Below are positions 39,231-46,714 of a DNA stretch of 64,000 bases, in pieces. The stretch comes from Acidimicrobiales bacterium (GTDB lineage Bacteria; Actinomycetota; Acidimicrobiia; Acidimicrobiales; Bin134): contig OZ242339.1 in assembly GCA_965208505.1 (NCBI GenBank), forward strand, positions 2,523,162 through 2,587,161, given 5' to 3'. The notes under the pieces are model-generated. The model searched no databases. It was not told the origin of the DNA and worked only from the letters and a program-made list of their open reading frames with translations. Position numbers and translations under genes: made by a program. How positions within the stretch are numbered: position 1 is the first letter of the stretch; the number at the start of each line of letters is the position of its first letter.

Positions 39231-39456
39231 CTCCGTGTCGGGCAAGGATGTTCTTGATTCGATTACCGCCGAGAAGGCTCACTTGAGAACCGGTGAACCA
39301 CTTATCTTCATCAAGAGGGAAATGGCTGCTCATGTGCTCACACATGATGAGGCCAACTGCCATCACGTTGCGGTTGACTTTGCCTTCGTTACGCTGAGCC
39401 TCATACCACTGCTCAATGTCAGCATTGAGCAACTCGGCGACACCCTCTGCGTTCAC
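39223..39456 (-). CDS. 77-aa ORF translationally coupled to dcm (possible 5' remnant of the cognate restriction endonuclease)
   Basis: GTG 39456 overlaps the dcm TGA (GTGA). G+C is low by eye. The frame stops exactly at the island/core junction. No nuclease motif is visible in the 77 aa. Confidence 0.4.
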   Translation of the reverse strand: MNAEGVAELLNADIEQWYEAQRNEGKVNRNVMAVGLIMCEHMSSHFPLDEDKWFTGSQVSLLGGNRIKNILARHGEV

Positions 39457-40583
39457 ACAGCAGCCTTTGCGGCGACTTCGCAACCCATCGCCGCTGAAGC
39501 GGGCACCAGCGCATGTTCAGCGAGCCATTCGATCACTGGCACACAAACTGCATCACCGAAGCCGAATAATGCCTGGGCATCGGTGACCGCGGAGTAGTCG
39601 AATTCATCAGGAACGCCCTGAAGGCGGGCATATTCGCGCGGCGTCATCCATCGTGCTCGTACTCCGCCCGGTGAGACTTCGACGACTGCCTGGCGAGAAG
39701 AACCCCCTCGCGCCGTCCGAAGGCAACCTGAGATGTCGTCCGAGCGAATTTCCCACACTGGCACCCCGTTGCGAGTCCGGCGGTAGGCGGTGCGCCATTG
39801 GGTGATTCCGTCTTGTCGAAGTGAGTCCAAACGACTTTGATGAAGGGGAGAAAGCGATCCCATGAACTTCCCAAGCCGATCGCCGTCCCACCACTCCCCC
39901 TCGTCAGGACCGAGATGCTCCACCACATCGCTGAGGCGGCCGGCACCCTGAAGAGGCACAGGCACAGGCATTTCTTGAAGCATGAGATCTTGGTTGGCCT
40001 TGGCAAACGCGGCCACCGACTCTGAGCGCAGCGGTCCAGCCATTCCCAATGCGGCACTGCCCAGTCGTTCTATTGTGCCGATGATGAACAAGCGGGGCCT
40101 TGACTGAGGAACAAACCAACTTGCATCCACTGTCAACACATCACAGACATACCCCAACTTGTTGAGTTCAGCGATAGATACCCGCAGGTCTTCGCCTCCC
40201 CTGGATGACACGTATGACGACACATTCTCAACCATCACCACGGGCGGGATTCGCTCGCCCATCTCTCTTAGCACTCGGGAGAACTCGAAGAACAGCCCCG
40301 ACTGCTCGCCGTCCAACCCTTTCCGATTCCCCGCGAGCGACAGGTCCACACAGGGGAAGCTGGCCGTCGCGATGTCAACTTTGGGAACCGAGCACCCCTG
40401 TACATCTCGAATGTCACCCAACACATAGTGAGCAGAGTCAAAGTTGGACGCGTACACCGCATGTTTGACCGGCTCGATGTCGTTTGCCCACACTACATCG
40501 ATGCCCGCCCGCTCCATACCAGCCCTCACCAGACCAATCCCGGCAAAAAACTCCGCTGCTGCCAAATGCCGATACGAGCGCAC
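39453..40583 (-). CDS. dcm: DNA (cytosine-5)-methyltransferase
   Basis: Motif I 'EFFAGIGL', motif IV 'SFPCVDLSLAG', 'MVENV' and 'QSRPRLFIIG'. GTG 40583 is chosen (376 aa); the ORF-track N-terminal extension to 40940 runs antisense through vsr. Confidence 0.88.
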   Translation of the reverse strand: MRSYRHLAAAEFFAGIGLVRAGMERAGIDVVWANDIEPVKHAVYASNFDSAHYVLGDIRDVQGCSVPKVDIATASFPCVDLSLAGNRKGLDGEQSGLFFEFSRVLREMGERIPPVVMVENVSSYVSSRGGEDLRVSIAELNKLGYVCDVLTVDASWFVPQSRPRLFIIGTIERLGSAALGMAGPLRSESVAAFAKANQDLMLQEMPVPVPLQGAGRLSDVVEHLGPDEGEWWDGDRLGKFMGSLSPLHQSRLDSLRQDGITQWRTAYRRTRNGVPVWEIRSDDISGCLRTARGGSSRQAVVEVSPGGVRARWMTPREYARLQGVPDEFDYSAVTDAQALFGFGDAVCVPVIEWLAEHALVPASAAMGCEVAAKAAV

Positions 40584-40915
40584 AAAATGACCATAGCCGT
40601 GGCCAGTGACAGTTACGGGGACCGCCACAACGAGGACCACGTCGCTACTATCGGCCCATGAGTGGGCTGCCGGAGGGGTCTTGGGCTTCCTCGGAGGCGA
40701 CTCGGAAGTCGATGCAGGGGAACCGGAGCCGGGATACCAAGCCGGAGCTGGCGGTGCGCTCTGCGGTACACCGCCGGGGGCTGCGGTACCGGGTGGCGGC
40801 TCGGCCGTTGCCTGAGCTGCGGAGGACAGCCGATCTGGTGTTCCGCAAGGCCAAGATCGCGGTGTTCGTGGACGGCTGCTACTGGCACGGCTGCCCCGAG
40901 CACCACACCCAGCCC
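40524..40915. repeat. direct repeat copy A (392 bp): dcm 5' end + dcm/vsr intergenic region + first 86 codons of vsr
   Basis: Base-by-base comparison with 43865-44256 (offset 3341) shows a single mismatch (40548 a vs 43889 g). Confidence 0.95.
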
Positions 40916-41095
40916 TCCACCAACCCCGAGTACTGGTCAACCAAGATCACCGGCAACATCGCCCGCGACAAAGACACCGACGCCCACCTCACCGAGGCGG
41001 GCTGGACGGTTATGCGCTTCTGGGAGCACGAGAACCCCGAGTCCGTGGCCGACGCAGTGGAGCAGTCGGTACGAGCCGCCCTAAACCGGCGCTAG
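40658..41095 (+). CDS. vsr: very-short-patch repair endonuclease (full length)
   Basis: 145 aa. 'TKPELAVRSAVHRRGLRYR', 'ADLVFRKAKIAVFVDGCYWHGCPEH', 'NPEYWSTKITGNIARD' and 'GWTVMRFWEHE' Vsr signatures. Divergent from dcm with a 74-bp spacer. Confidence 0.9.
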   Translation: MSGLPEGSWASSEATRKSMQGNRSRDTKPELAVRSAVHRRGLRYRVAARPLPELRRTADLVFRKAKIAVFVDGCYWHGCPEHHTQPSTNPEYWSTKITGNIARDKDTDAHLTEAGWTVMRFWEHENPESVADAVEQSVRAALNRR

Positions 41096-41235
41096 CCGCG
41101 AAAGGCGCTGCAAGAGTTCCAACCTGGCCTGAAGATCCTTGTCCTCGGCCCACCGAGGCATCTGTCACAATAGAAGTGAGCATCCTGCAAAATAGAAAAA
41201 TAACCTCTTCAAAACAGAATTCCACGCTAACCTGC

Positions 41236-42405
41236 ATGACGGTGCTGGAACGGAGGATCGCAAACGGCCGACACGGCTCGCTGCTGGAGCGCCGCCTCGC
41301 CGCCTACCCGGCGGTTGCGCTGGTAGGGCCTCGCCAGTGCGGCAAGACCACCCTCGCTCGGTCGCTCGGAGCCCGCTACTACGACATGGAGCTCGAATCC
41401 GACCGCCTAAGGTTGGATCTCGAGTGGGCGGAGATGGCCGAAGGTGGAGATCTCGTAGTCATCGACGAGGCCCAAGCAGCCCCGGAGATCTTCCCTCGCC
41501 TGCGCAGCACCATCGACGCAGACCGTCGCCGACATGGGCGCTTTTTGCTTTTGGGGTCGATCTCGCCGTCACTCATGAAGAACGTCTCGGAGTCGCTCGC
41601 CGGCCGTCTAAGCGTGGTGGAGCTGACGCCGATGTCGTGGCTAGAGCTGCCCGGCGAATGCCGCGAGCGGTTGTGGCACTACGGCGGCTTTCCCGACGGC
41701 GGAGTGCTCGACGGCAGGGGCTTTCCCGACTGGCAGCACGATTATCTGAGCCTGCTCGCCCAGCGCGATCTACCGTCCTGGGGACTACCGGCCACTTCGC
41801 GGACTACCCAGCATCTCTTCGAGCTATTGGCCACATCACATGGCCAGCAGTGGAACGCCAGCGAGACGGGCCGCGCCCTGGGCCTCTCCTACCACACGGT
41901 GAACTCCTATGTGGATTACCTGGAAGGAGCGTTCTTGCTCAGGCGCCTACCGGCCTACCACGCCAATGCACGCAAGCGACTCACCAAGCGGCCGAAGGTG
42001 TACTGGCGCGACAGCGGCCTACTACACAGCCTGTGGGGAGTCGGCGACGCCTCAGAAGTGGCAAGGCAACCGATGGTGGGCGCGAGCTGGGAAGGACATG
42101 TAATCGACCAAGTGCTGACAGCCTTGCAACAATCCGGGACGCGCTACAGCGCTTCGCACCTGCGCACCGCTGACGGTCGCGAGATCGATCTGATCTTGAA
42201 CGTCAGGCAAGAACTCTGGGCCATCGAGATCAAGCTCACCACCAATCCCAGCCGATCTGACATGGCCCGCTTGAACGAGACGGCCGATCTGATCGGAGCC
42301 CACCGGCGGTTCCTGGTGACCCGAAGCCAAGAGACGGCCAGCACCGGCGCTCAGACCGCCTGCAACATTGCCCACATGATCGCTCAGGCAAGCGAACCGC
42401 AGTGA
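41236..42405 (+). CDS. AAA+ ATPase of the AAA_14/DUF4143 type
   Basis: Walker A 'GPRQCGKTT', Walker B 'LVVIDEAQ', then 'GRFLLLGSISPSL...SLAGR' and a C-terminal DUF4143-like region. ATG 41236 is preferred over 41176. An AT-rich segment of about 140 bp lies upstream. Confidence 0.75.
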   Translation: MTVLERRIANGRHGSLLERRLAAYPAVALVGPRQCGKTTLARSLGARYYDMELESDRLRLDLEWAEMAEGGDLVVIDEAQAAPEIFPRLRSTIDADRRRHGRFLLLGSISPSLMKNVSESLAGRLSVVELTPMSWLELPGECRERLWHYGGFPDGGVLDGRGFPDWQHDYLSLLAQRDLPSWGLPATSRTTQHLFELLATSHGQQWNASETGRALGLSYHTVNSYVDYLEGAFLLRRLPAYHANARKRLTKRPKVYWRDSGLLHSLWGVGDASEVARQPMVGASWEGHVIDQVLTALQQSGTRYSASHLRTADGREIDLILNVRQELWAIEIKLTTNPSRSDMARLNETADLIGAHRRFLVTRSQETASTGAQTACNIAHMIAQASEPQ

Positions 42406-42426
42406 GCCACCAATCCATGCCCCCAT

Positions 42427-42548
42427 CAGTTACGGGGACCAACATGGCGAAGACCCCGCCGATACCATCGGCCCATGAGTGGGCTGCCGGAGGGGTCTTG
42501 GGCTTCTTCGGAGGCGACTCGGAAGTCGATGCAGGGGAACCGGAGCCG
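42427..42548. repeat. repeat copy B (122 bp, diverged): dcm/vsr intergenic part + first ~25 vsr codons
   Basis: Aligns to 40610-40731 (offset 1817). Near identical from 'atcggcccatgagtgggctgcc...' onward and clearly diverged in the first ~40 nt. Confidence 0.85.
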
Positions 42549-42561
42549 AGGCACACGTCAC

Positions 42562-42584
42562 CCGGATCCAAGAAAGGGATCCGG
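42562..42584 (-). terminator. hairpin downstream of the endonuclease gene
   Basis: CCGGATCC-aagaaag-GGATCCGG lies 5 nt beyond the TAG of the 42589-43104 ORF. Confidence 0.45.
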
Positions 42585-42588
42585 TCAA

Positions 42589-43104
42589 CTAATCATATGC
42601 CGCCAGTCGTTCAAGAAGAGTGTCGATCATCTCGCCAACAGGGCGCATGTCGTCAAGTTTCTTGGTGATCTTGTATGTGACGTTCTGGTCCTGCGCCATC
42701 ATGACTAAGCGTCCCGCTAGGCCGTCGTTTACTTCGTCCTTGTGCCAGAGGTTGAACACGATCTGCTCCGGACATATCCCGAGACACAGCAGAAAGGAAT
42801 AGTTCCGGTCCAAACGGACGTGGTTGAACTGGAACGTACCGTTCACGCCCAATGATGCGGTCTTGACCTCCGTTCGCTGCCCCTCGATCACCATGTCGAT
42901 CTCCGATGTTCGGCTGCCATTACCGATCTTTAATCCCGCGTTGCCTAGATATCGGCGAATGAACTCCTCACCAATCTCGCCTCTGTTGGTGTTGCCCAGC
43001 ATCCTGTATCCGATGAGCGGCGAGTCCGCCCAGATGTCCTCTGGGCTGTGTTTGCTTATGATGCTCGCCAGAAGTTCTACGGCATCCATCAGGGCGCTTC
43101 CCAT
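42589..43104 (-). CDS. small PD-(D/E)xK-type restriction endonuclease candidate
   Basis: 171 aa, low G+C by eye. 'SEIDMVIEGQRTEVKTAS' fits D-x9-E-x-K. The start (43104, or 43089 as TGATG) overlaps the methyltransferase stop. Confidence 0.55.
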   Translation of the reverse strand: MGSALMDAVELLASIISKHSPEDIWADSPLIGYRMLGNTNRGEIGEEFIRRYLGNAGLKIGNGSRTSEIDMVIEGQRTEVKTASLGVNGTFQFNHVRLDRNYSFLLCLGICPEQIVFNLWHKDEVNDGLAGRLVMMAQDQNVTYKITKKLDDMRPVGEMIDTLLERLAAYD

Positions 43105-43811
43105 ATTCGCTTACTGCCATTGGACTTCCAGAAGACCAAGAAGTACGAGTGGTTCTTCCGTGCGTGAACTTGCTTGACCGCACGGCTCACGCCGGGCCGA
43201 TTCTTTCGCATCACCACGAACAGGTCTTCGGCCACGAAACCCATCTGTTCGTATGCCTGCATAATCTCTACGTGGGTGAACCGCTGCCGGTTGGAGCACA
43301 CTTCGTCCTGACACTTCACAATCAACACGCCCTTGTCACGGAGCACTCTGTGCGCTTCCGAGCCAGCATCCTCATACAGTGAGAGCACGGCTTCGTGGTA
43401 TTTCTTGTTCGTCCTGTTGCCTGTCCCGTTGTTCCGGTAGTGGCGCTCAAACGCTTGGTGCGCAGTGTGCGCTGTCCCCCCCGGTGAGTGCATATACGGC
43501 GGGTCGAGCACAACACAGTCGATTTCGCCATCGCTGTAGGGAAGCGCCCTACAGTCGGTACCGTTCTGAATGTCCGTCGCCAGTAATTGATACATTCCAT
43601 TTGGAACGTTCCGCCAAAAAACGCCTTTACCGAAAGTCACGTCAGCGACAACACTGCGCGGCGCCACGTACAAGTCCATTATCCGCGGGAACACGTCGTC
43701 GTTTCCCTCGGCGTATGCGCTGAACACTAGGTCGTTGGTTGGCACTCCGTTGCGCACGCGACGTGCTGACGCCTCCTGGACGAACAGGCTGTCGCTCTGA
43801 ACACTGCTCAT
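43089..43811 (-). CDS. DNA methyltransferase with DPPY motif (N6-adenine or N4-cytosine)
   Basis: 240 aa. 'DVTFGKGVF' (motif I-like) followed by 'VVLDPPYMH' (motif IV). AGGAGG lies 8 nt upstream of ATG 43811. Low G+C by eye. Confidence 0.75.
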   Translation of the reverse strand: MSSVQSDSLFVQEASARRVRNGVPTNDLVFSAYAEGNDDVFPRIMDLYVAPRSVVADVTFGKGVFWRNVPNGMYQLLATDIQNGTDCRALPYSDGEIDCVVLDPPYMHSPGGTAHTAHQAFERHYRNNGTGNRTNKKYHEAVLSLYEDAGSEAHRVLRDKGVLIVKCQDEVCSNRQRFTHVEIMQAYEQMGFVAEDLFVVMRKNRPGVSRAVKQVHARKNHSYFLVFWKSNGSKRIWEAP

Positions 43812-43924
43812 GTTGCCATTTCCTCCTTCATATTGCGAGCATCGGGCCGTCTGAGATCAGCTGGCCTCACCAGACCAATCCCGGCAAAGAACTCCGCTGC
43901 TGCCAAATGCCGATACGAGCGCAC
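43808..43924 (-). CDS. chimeric 38-aa leader ORF: first 20-21 codons of dcm fused to a novel tail, ending in an ATGA overlap with the methyltransferase start
   Basis: Hand translation gives VRSYRHLAAAEFFAGIGLVRPADLRRPDARNMKEEMAT*. The first 20 residues match the dcm N-terminus at 40583. Confidence 0.4.
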   Translation of the reverse strand: MRSYRHLAAAEFFAGIGLVRPADLRRPDARNMKEEMAT

Positions 43925-44256
43925 AAAATGACCATAGCCGTGGCCAGTGACAGTTACGGGGACCGCCACAACGAGGACCACGTCGCTACTATCGGCCCAT
44001 GAGTGGGCTGCCGGAGGGGTCTTGGGCTTCCTCGGAGGCGACTCGGAAGTCGATGCAGGGGAACCGGAGCCGGGATACCAAGCCGGAGCTGGCGGTGCGC
44101 TCTGCGGTACACCGCCGGGGGCTGCGGTACCGGGTGGCGGCTCGGCCGTTGCCTGAGCTGCGGAGGACAGCCGATCTGGTGTTCCGCAAGGCCAAGATCG
44201 CGGTGTTCGTGGACGGCTGCTACTGGCACGGCTGCCCCGAGCACCACACCCAGCCC
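43865..44256. repeat. direct repeat copy C (392 bp), near identical to copy A
   Basis: See copy A. One mismatch in 392 bp by direct comparison. Confidence 0.95.
43999..44256 (+). pseudogene. vsr: truncated vsr (first 86 codons only)
   Basis: Identical to vsr codons 1-86, then diverges ('...HHTQP|TIPRRLGK...') into sequence antisense to the HTH gene. It lacks the 'NPEYW...GW.V..WE' C-terminal half. Confidence 0.85.
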
Positions 44257-44280
44257 ACGATTCCGCGCAGACTCGGCAAA

Positions 44281-44754
44281 CTAGTAGTCGAGTTCGAGGC
44301 TCTGGGCTTCGGCGGTGAGGTCGTCAGCAGCTTTTTTCCGTCTTGCATCATCAGCGCCCTTGTAGCCGAGTAGTTCTGTAAGCAGGACTCGACGTCGGTT
44401 CCCCACTCGTCGATGAGGTATTTCGCCTTCGTCGAGGAGCTTCACGAGGTAGGGCCGAGACACGTTTAGGAGATCGGCTGCCTGTTGCGTGGTGAGCTCC
44501 GCACTTACAGGCACCACGGTGACCGCGTTTCCGTTGGCAATCTCCGCCAAGATGTCAACAAGAAGCCTCAGGGCATGGCCTGGCACTTCCAGGGTGGTGC
44601 CGTCGTCGGACGCGGTCAGAACCACAGAGGAAGTTGCAATTTCTGGTCGCCCGCGCAGATACCGCTCTAGCGAGTCGACTGCTACTGCTGCCTGAACAGC
44701 CGTTGCTTCGTCGGGAACAGCGAGATGATGATCAAGAAGGGCGGTGGTAGCCAT
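44281..44754 (-). CDS. excisionase-family (MerR-like) HTH DNA-binding protein, antitoxin-like
   Basis: 157 aa. C-terminal '[37 protein letters not shown]' is a typical excisionase/HTH_17 motif. No partner gene lies downstream. Confidence 0.7.
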   Translation of the reverse strand: MATTALLDHHLAVPDEATAVQAAVAVDSLERYLRGRPEIATSSVVLTASDDGTTLEVPGHALRLLVDILAEIANGNAVTVVPVSAELTTQQAADLLNVSRPYLVKLLDEGEIPHRRVGNRRRVLLTELLGYKGADDARRKKAADDLTAEAQSLELDY

Positions 44755-44966
44755 TTTTTGTCCTTAAAACATCTTTGCGAATGACCACAGCAGCGCTTGC
44801 CCATAAGCGCGAATGCGGTCTCTCCACAGTGGTGTCACTTTGAGGCTAGCCCGTATTCGAAATATCCGCAACGGCACCGAGCAAAGCGCAACGAACTTTT
44901 GGCACCCTACAAACCACCTGTGACACATTCTTCACCCCGTATATCTGGCCATTCAATATGGCAGCG

Positions 44967-46148
44967 CTAGCAGCGGAAGCGGAGGGCTCGGGATTGGCGG
45001 CGGGTGGTGATTTGGGCGGCGCGTTGGTCAGGGTTGAAGCGGGTGACAAAGTCGGGTAGGTGATGGTCGATCTCGGCGAAGGGGACCACTAGGCCTTCGG
45101 GAGTGGGCATGGTGGAGCTGAGCACCCAGCGGAAGGTGATGAGGGCTTCGGGGCGGCCTTCGGTGTCGAGCCAGTTCTGCACCCCGGGGTCGTGGTGGGC
45201 CACCACGATGCGGAACCGGCCGTCGGGGTCCACCGCGATCTGGGCGTTGTTGAGGCTCACGGTGCGGTTGGCGAAATCCAGCGACTCGAACCAGGCGTAG
45301 CTGTAGAGCATGAACGACCAGTACTGGGCTTCGGGCACGTAGCAGGTCACCACTAGGGCCTCGTCGGGGGCCAGTTTGTAGGAGCAGCCGCCGTAGCCGA
45401 TGGCGTCGGCCCCACCGGGTACCGAGCGTGGGCCATAGAACTCGTTGGGCGGGGCAGCCCGGCGGCTCCGCTCCATCCACTGGTTCCAGAATACCAACGC
45501 GTCCTCAGCCCAGGTCATGGCCCGATCCAAACCATCGGCCAGATCACCGGGATCGAGAGGCGAGGGGCGCTGTCCCTCGCTCCCCAGCCTCTCGATCGAG
45601 AACCGCCCCGGCTCGTCGACTCCCCAGTCCACGTTGTACTCCCGCACCGAGATGTGGTCGGTGTGGTCGTCGATGGGCAGCCAGTTGCAATCGTGGGGAG
45701 TGGCGCTGGCCACAAAGCTGAAGCCGCCATCGGAATCGACGGCGAAGTCAACGCTGGAACGCTCGGCGGTGATACCCAGTTGGTTCTGGTGCATCTCGCC
45801 ATGGGCGCTTTGGATCACAAACATTGATCCAGGCGGCAGCCGCCCTGTCACCCGGTAGGAATGCTCGGCACTCACGTGGGCCCGCCAATAGGTGTTGTCC
45901 ACATTCGGGCCGCCCCAGCGCATCACGTCGTCGTTGTGGCGGTACATCACGGGGAATTCCCGGTCGCAGAACTCAACCTGTTCGATCCACCCCTGCATCA
46001 GCAACCCCCCCAAATGCCGGTAACCCTCGGCCCGGTCCACCGGACCGCTGGGAAAATCATCGCCCAACAGCCGGTCCCCCGCCATTTTCAATCGGTCGCA
46101 AAACTCCCGCCACGCCTCGCCCGATGCCAACTTTTGCTCGTTATCCAC
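44967..46148 (-). CDS. DUF1214-like conserved hypothetical protein
   Basis: 393 aa, high G+C, uninterrupted. General resemblance to DUF1214/DUF1254 family proteins ('YWSFMLYSYAWFES'); family assignment is from memory only. Confidence 0.5.
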   Translation of the reverse strand: MDNEQKLASGEAWREFCDRLKMAGDRLLGDDFPSGPVDRAEGYRHLGGLLMQGWIEQVEFCDREFPVMYRHNDDVMRWGGPNVDNTYWRAHVSAEHSYRVTGRLPPGSMFVIQSAHGEMHQNQLGITAERSSVDFAVDSDGGFSFVASATPHDCNWLPIDDHTDHISVREYNVDWGVDEPGRFSIERLGSEGQRPSPLDPGDLADGLDRAMTWAEDALVFWNQWMERSRRAAPPNEFYGPRSVPGGADAIGYGGCSYKLAPDEALVVTCYVPEAQYWSFMLYSYAWFESLDFANRTVSLNNAQIAVDPDGRFRIVVAHHDPGVQNWLDTEGRPEALITFRWVLSSTMPTPEGLVVPFAEIDHHLPDFVTRFNPDQRAAQITTRRQSRALRFRC

Positions 46149-46216
46149 GCTGCAACAGTAGTGAATAAGACCTCAAATTGTGACAGCCATCTAGGCTGTA
46201 GGTATTACCAAGTACC

Positions 46217-46714
46217 ATGGACAAGCAACCCCTGATTCCTGGAGTCCAAGTGGTTGAGCACAATTGGGGAATCAATGATCCCCCAGCCAATAACCACGCC
46301 CTTCCCAGGATGTTCAAGGAGCCAGAAGCTCCAATGTGGGCTTTTTTGCCAGCAATTTGGCCTTCCGACAGGCGTATCTGGATACCAGCTGGGCCATACC
46401 AGACAATGACATACTGTTACTACCCTGCCGCTGATAGGTCAGACACGCATAAGCGCACGAGAACACAAGATGAACAAACAGAAATTGACAACGACATTGA
46501 TTCACTGCTCGCTGAGGCGGGCATTACGCCCCGACCAAGAGGACGCGTTCATTACTTGGAGATTCCAACAGGGACTTCTGGCCTTAAAGACATCCTTGAA
46601 TCGATTACTGCTCGAGCACACGAGCAAGGAGTTGAGCCACGCTGCCATAAAGCGTTCGTTCTAGTTGCTATACAAGTGATCGAGGAGTGTTTCCGTTCCA
46701 CCGAGATGGGCTGA
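46217..46714 (+). CDS. orphan hypothetical ORF in a low-GC segment
   Basis: 165-aa ORF in a segment whose G+C is clearly lower than the flanks. No motif or obvious RBS found. Coding status is uncertain. Confidence 0.3.
   Translation: MDKQPLIPGVQVVEHNWGINDPPANNHALPRMFKEPEAPMWAFLPAIWPSDRRIWIPAGPYQTMTYCYYPAADRSDTHKRTRTQDEQTEIDNDIDSLLAEAGITPRPRGRVHYLEIPTGTSGLKDILESITARAHEQGVEPRCHKAFVLVAIQVIEECFRSTEMG

Noticed and set aside
38224-39597. 457-aa ORF spanning the terpenoid-cyclase-fold gene and entering the island
   Set aside because: It is an alternate frame of a well-supported gene, has R/P/G-rich low-complexity sequence, and crosses a clear compositional boundary.
39453-40940. 495-aa version of the C5 methyltransferase from the ORF track
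   Set aside because: The extra ~119 N-terminal residues are low-complexity and antisense to vsr. Motif I (FxGxG) lies 12 residues after GTG 40583, which gives a normal 376-aa enzyme.
42475-42708. 77-aa ORF starting with the Vsr N-terminus (MSGLPEGSWASSEATRKSMQGNRSR...)
   Set aside because: Only the first ~25 codons derive from vsr (repeat copy B). The rest runs antisense into the endonuclease gene, so it is treated as a remnant and not a gene.
44846-45049. Small ORFs and possible att-like repeats in the 44755-44966 spacer right of the island
   Set aside because: No direct repeat matching the left junction (39194-39230) was found by eye. Only a weak 6-bp palindrome (GCGCTT...AAGCGC) and a repeated 'gcgaatg' are present, which is insufficient to call an att site.
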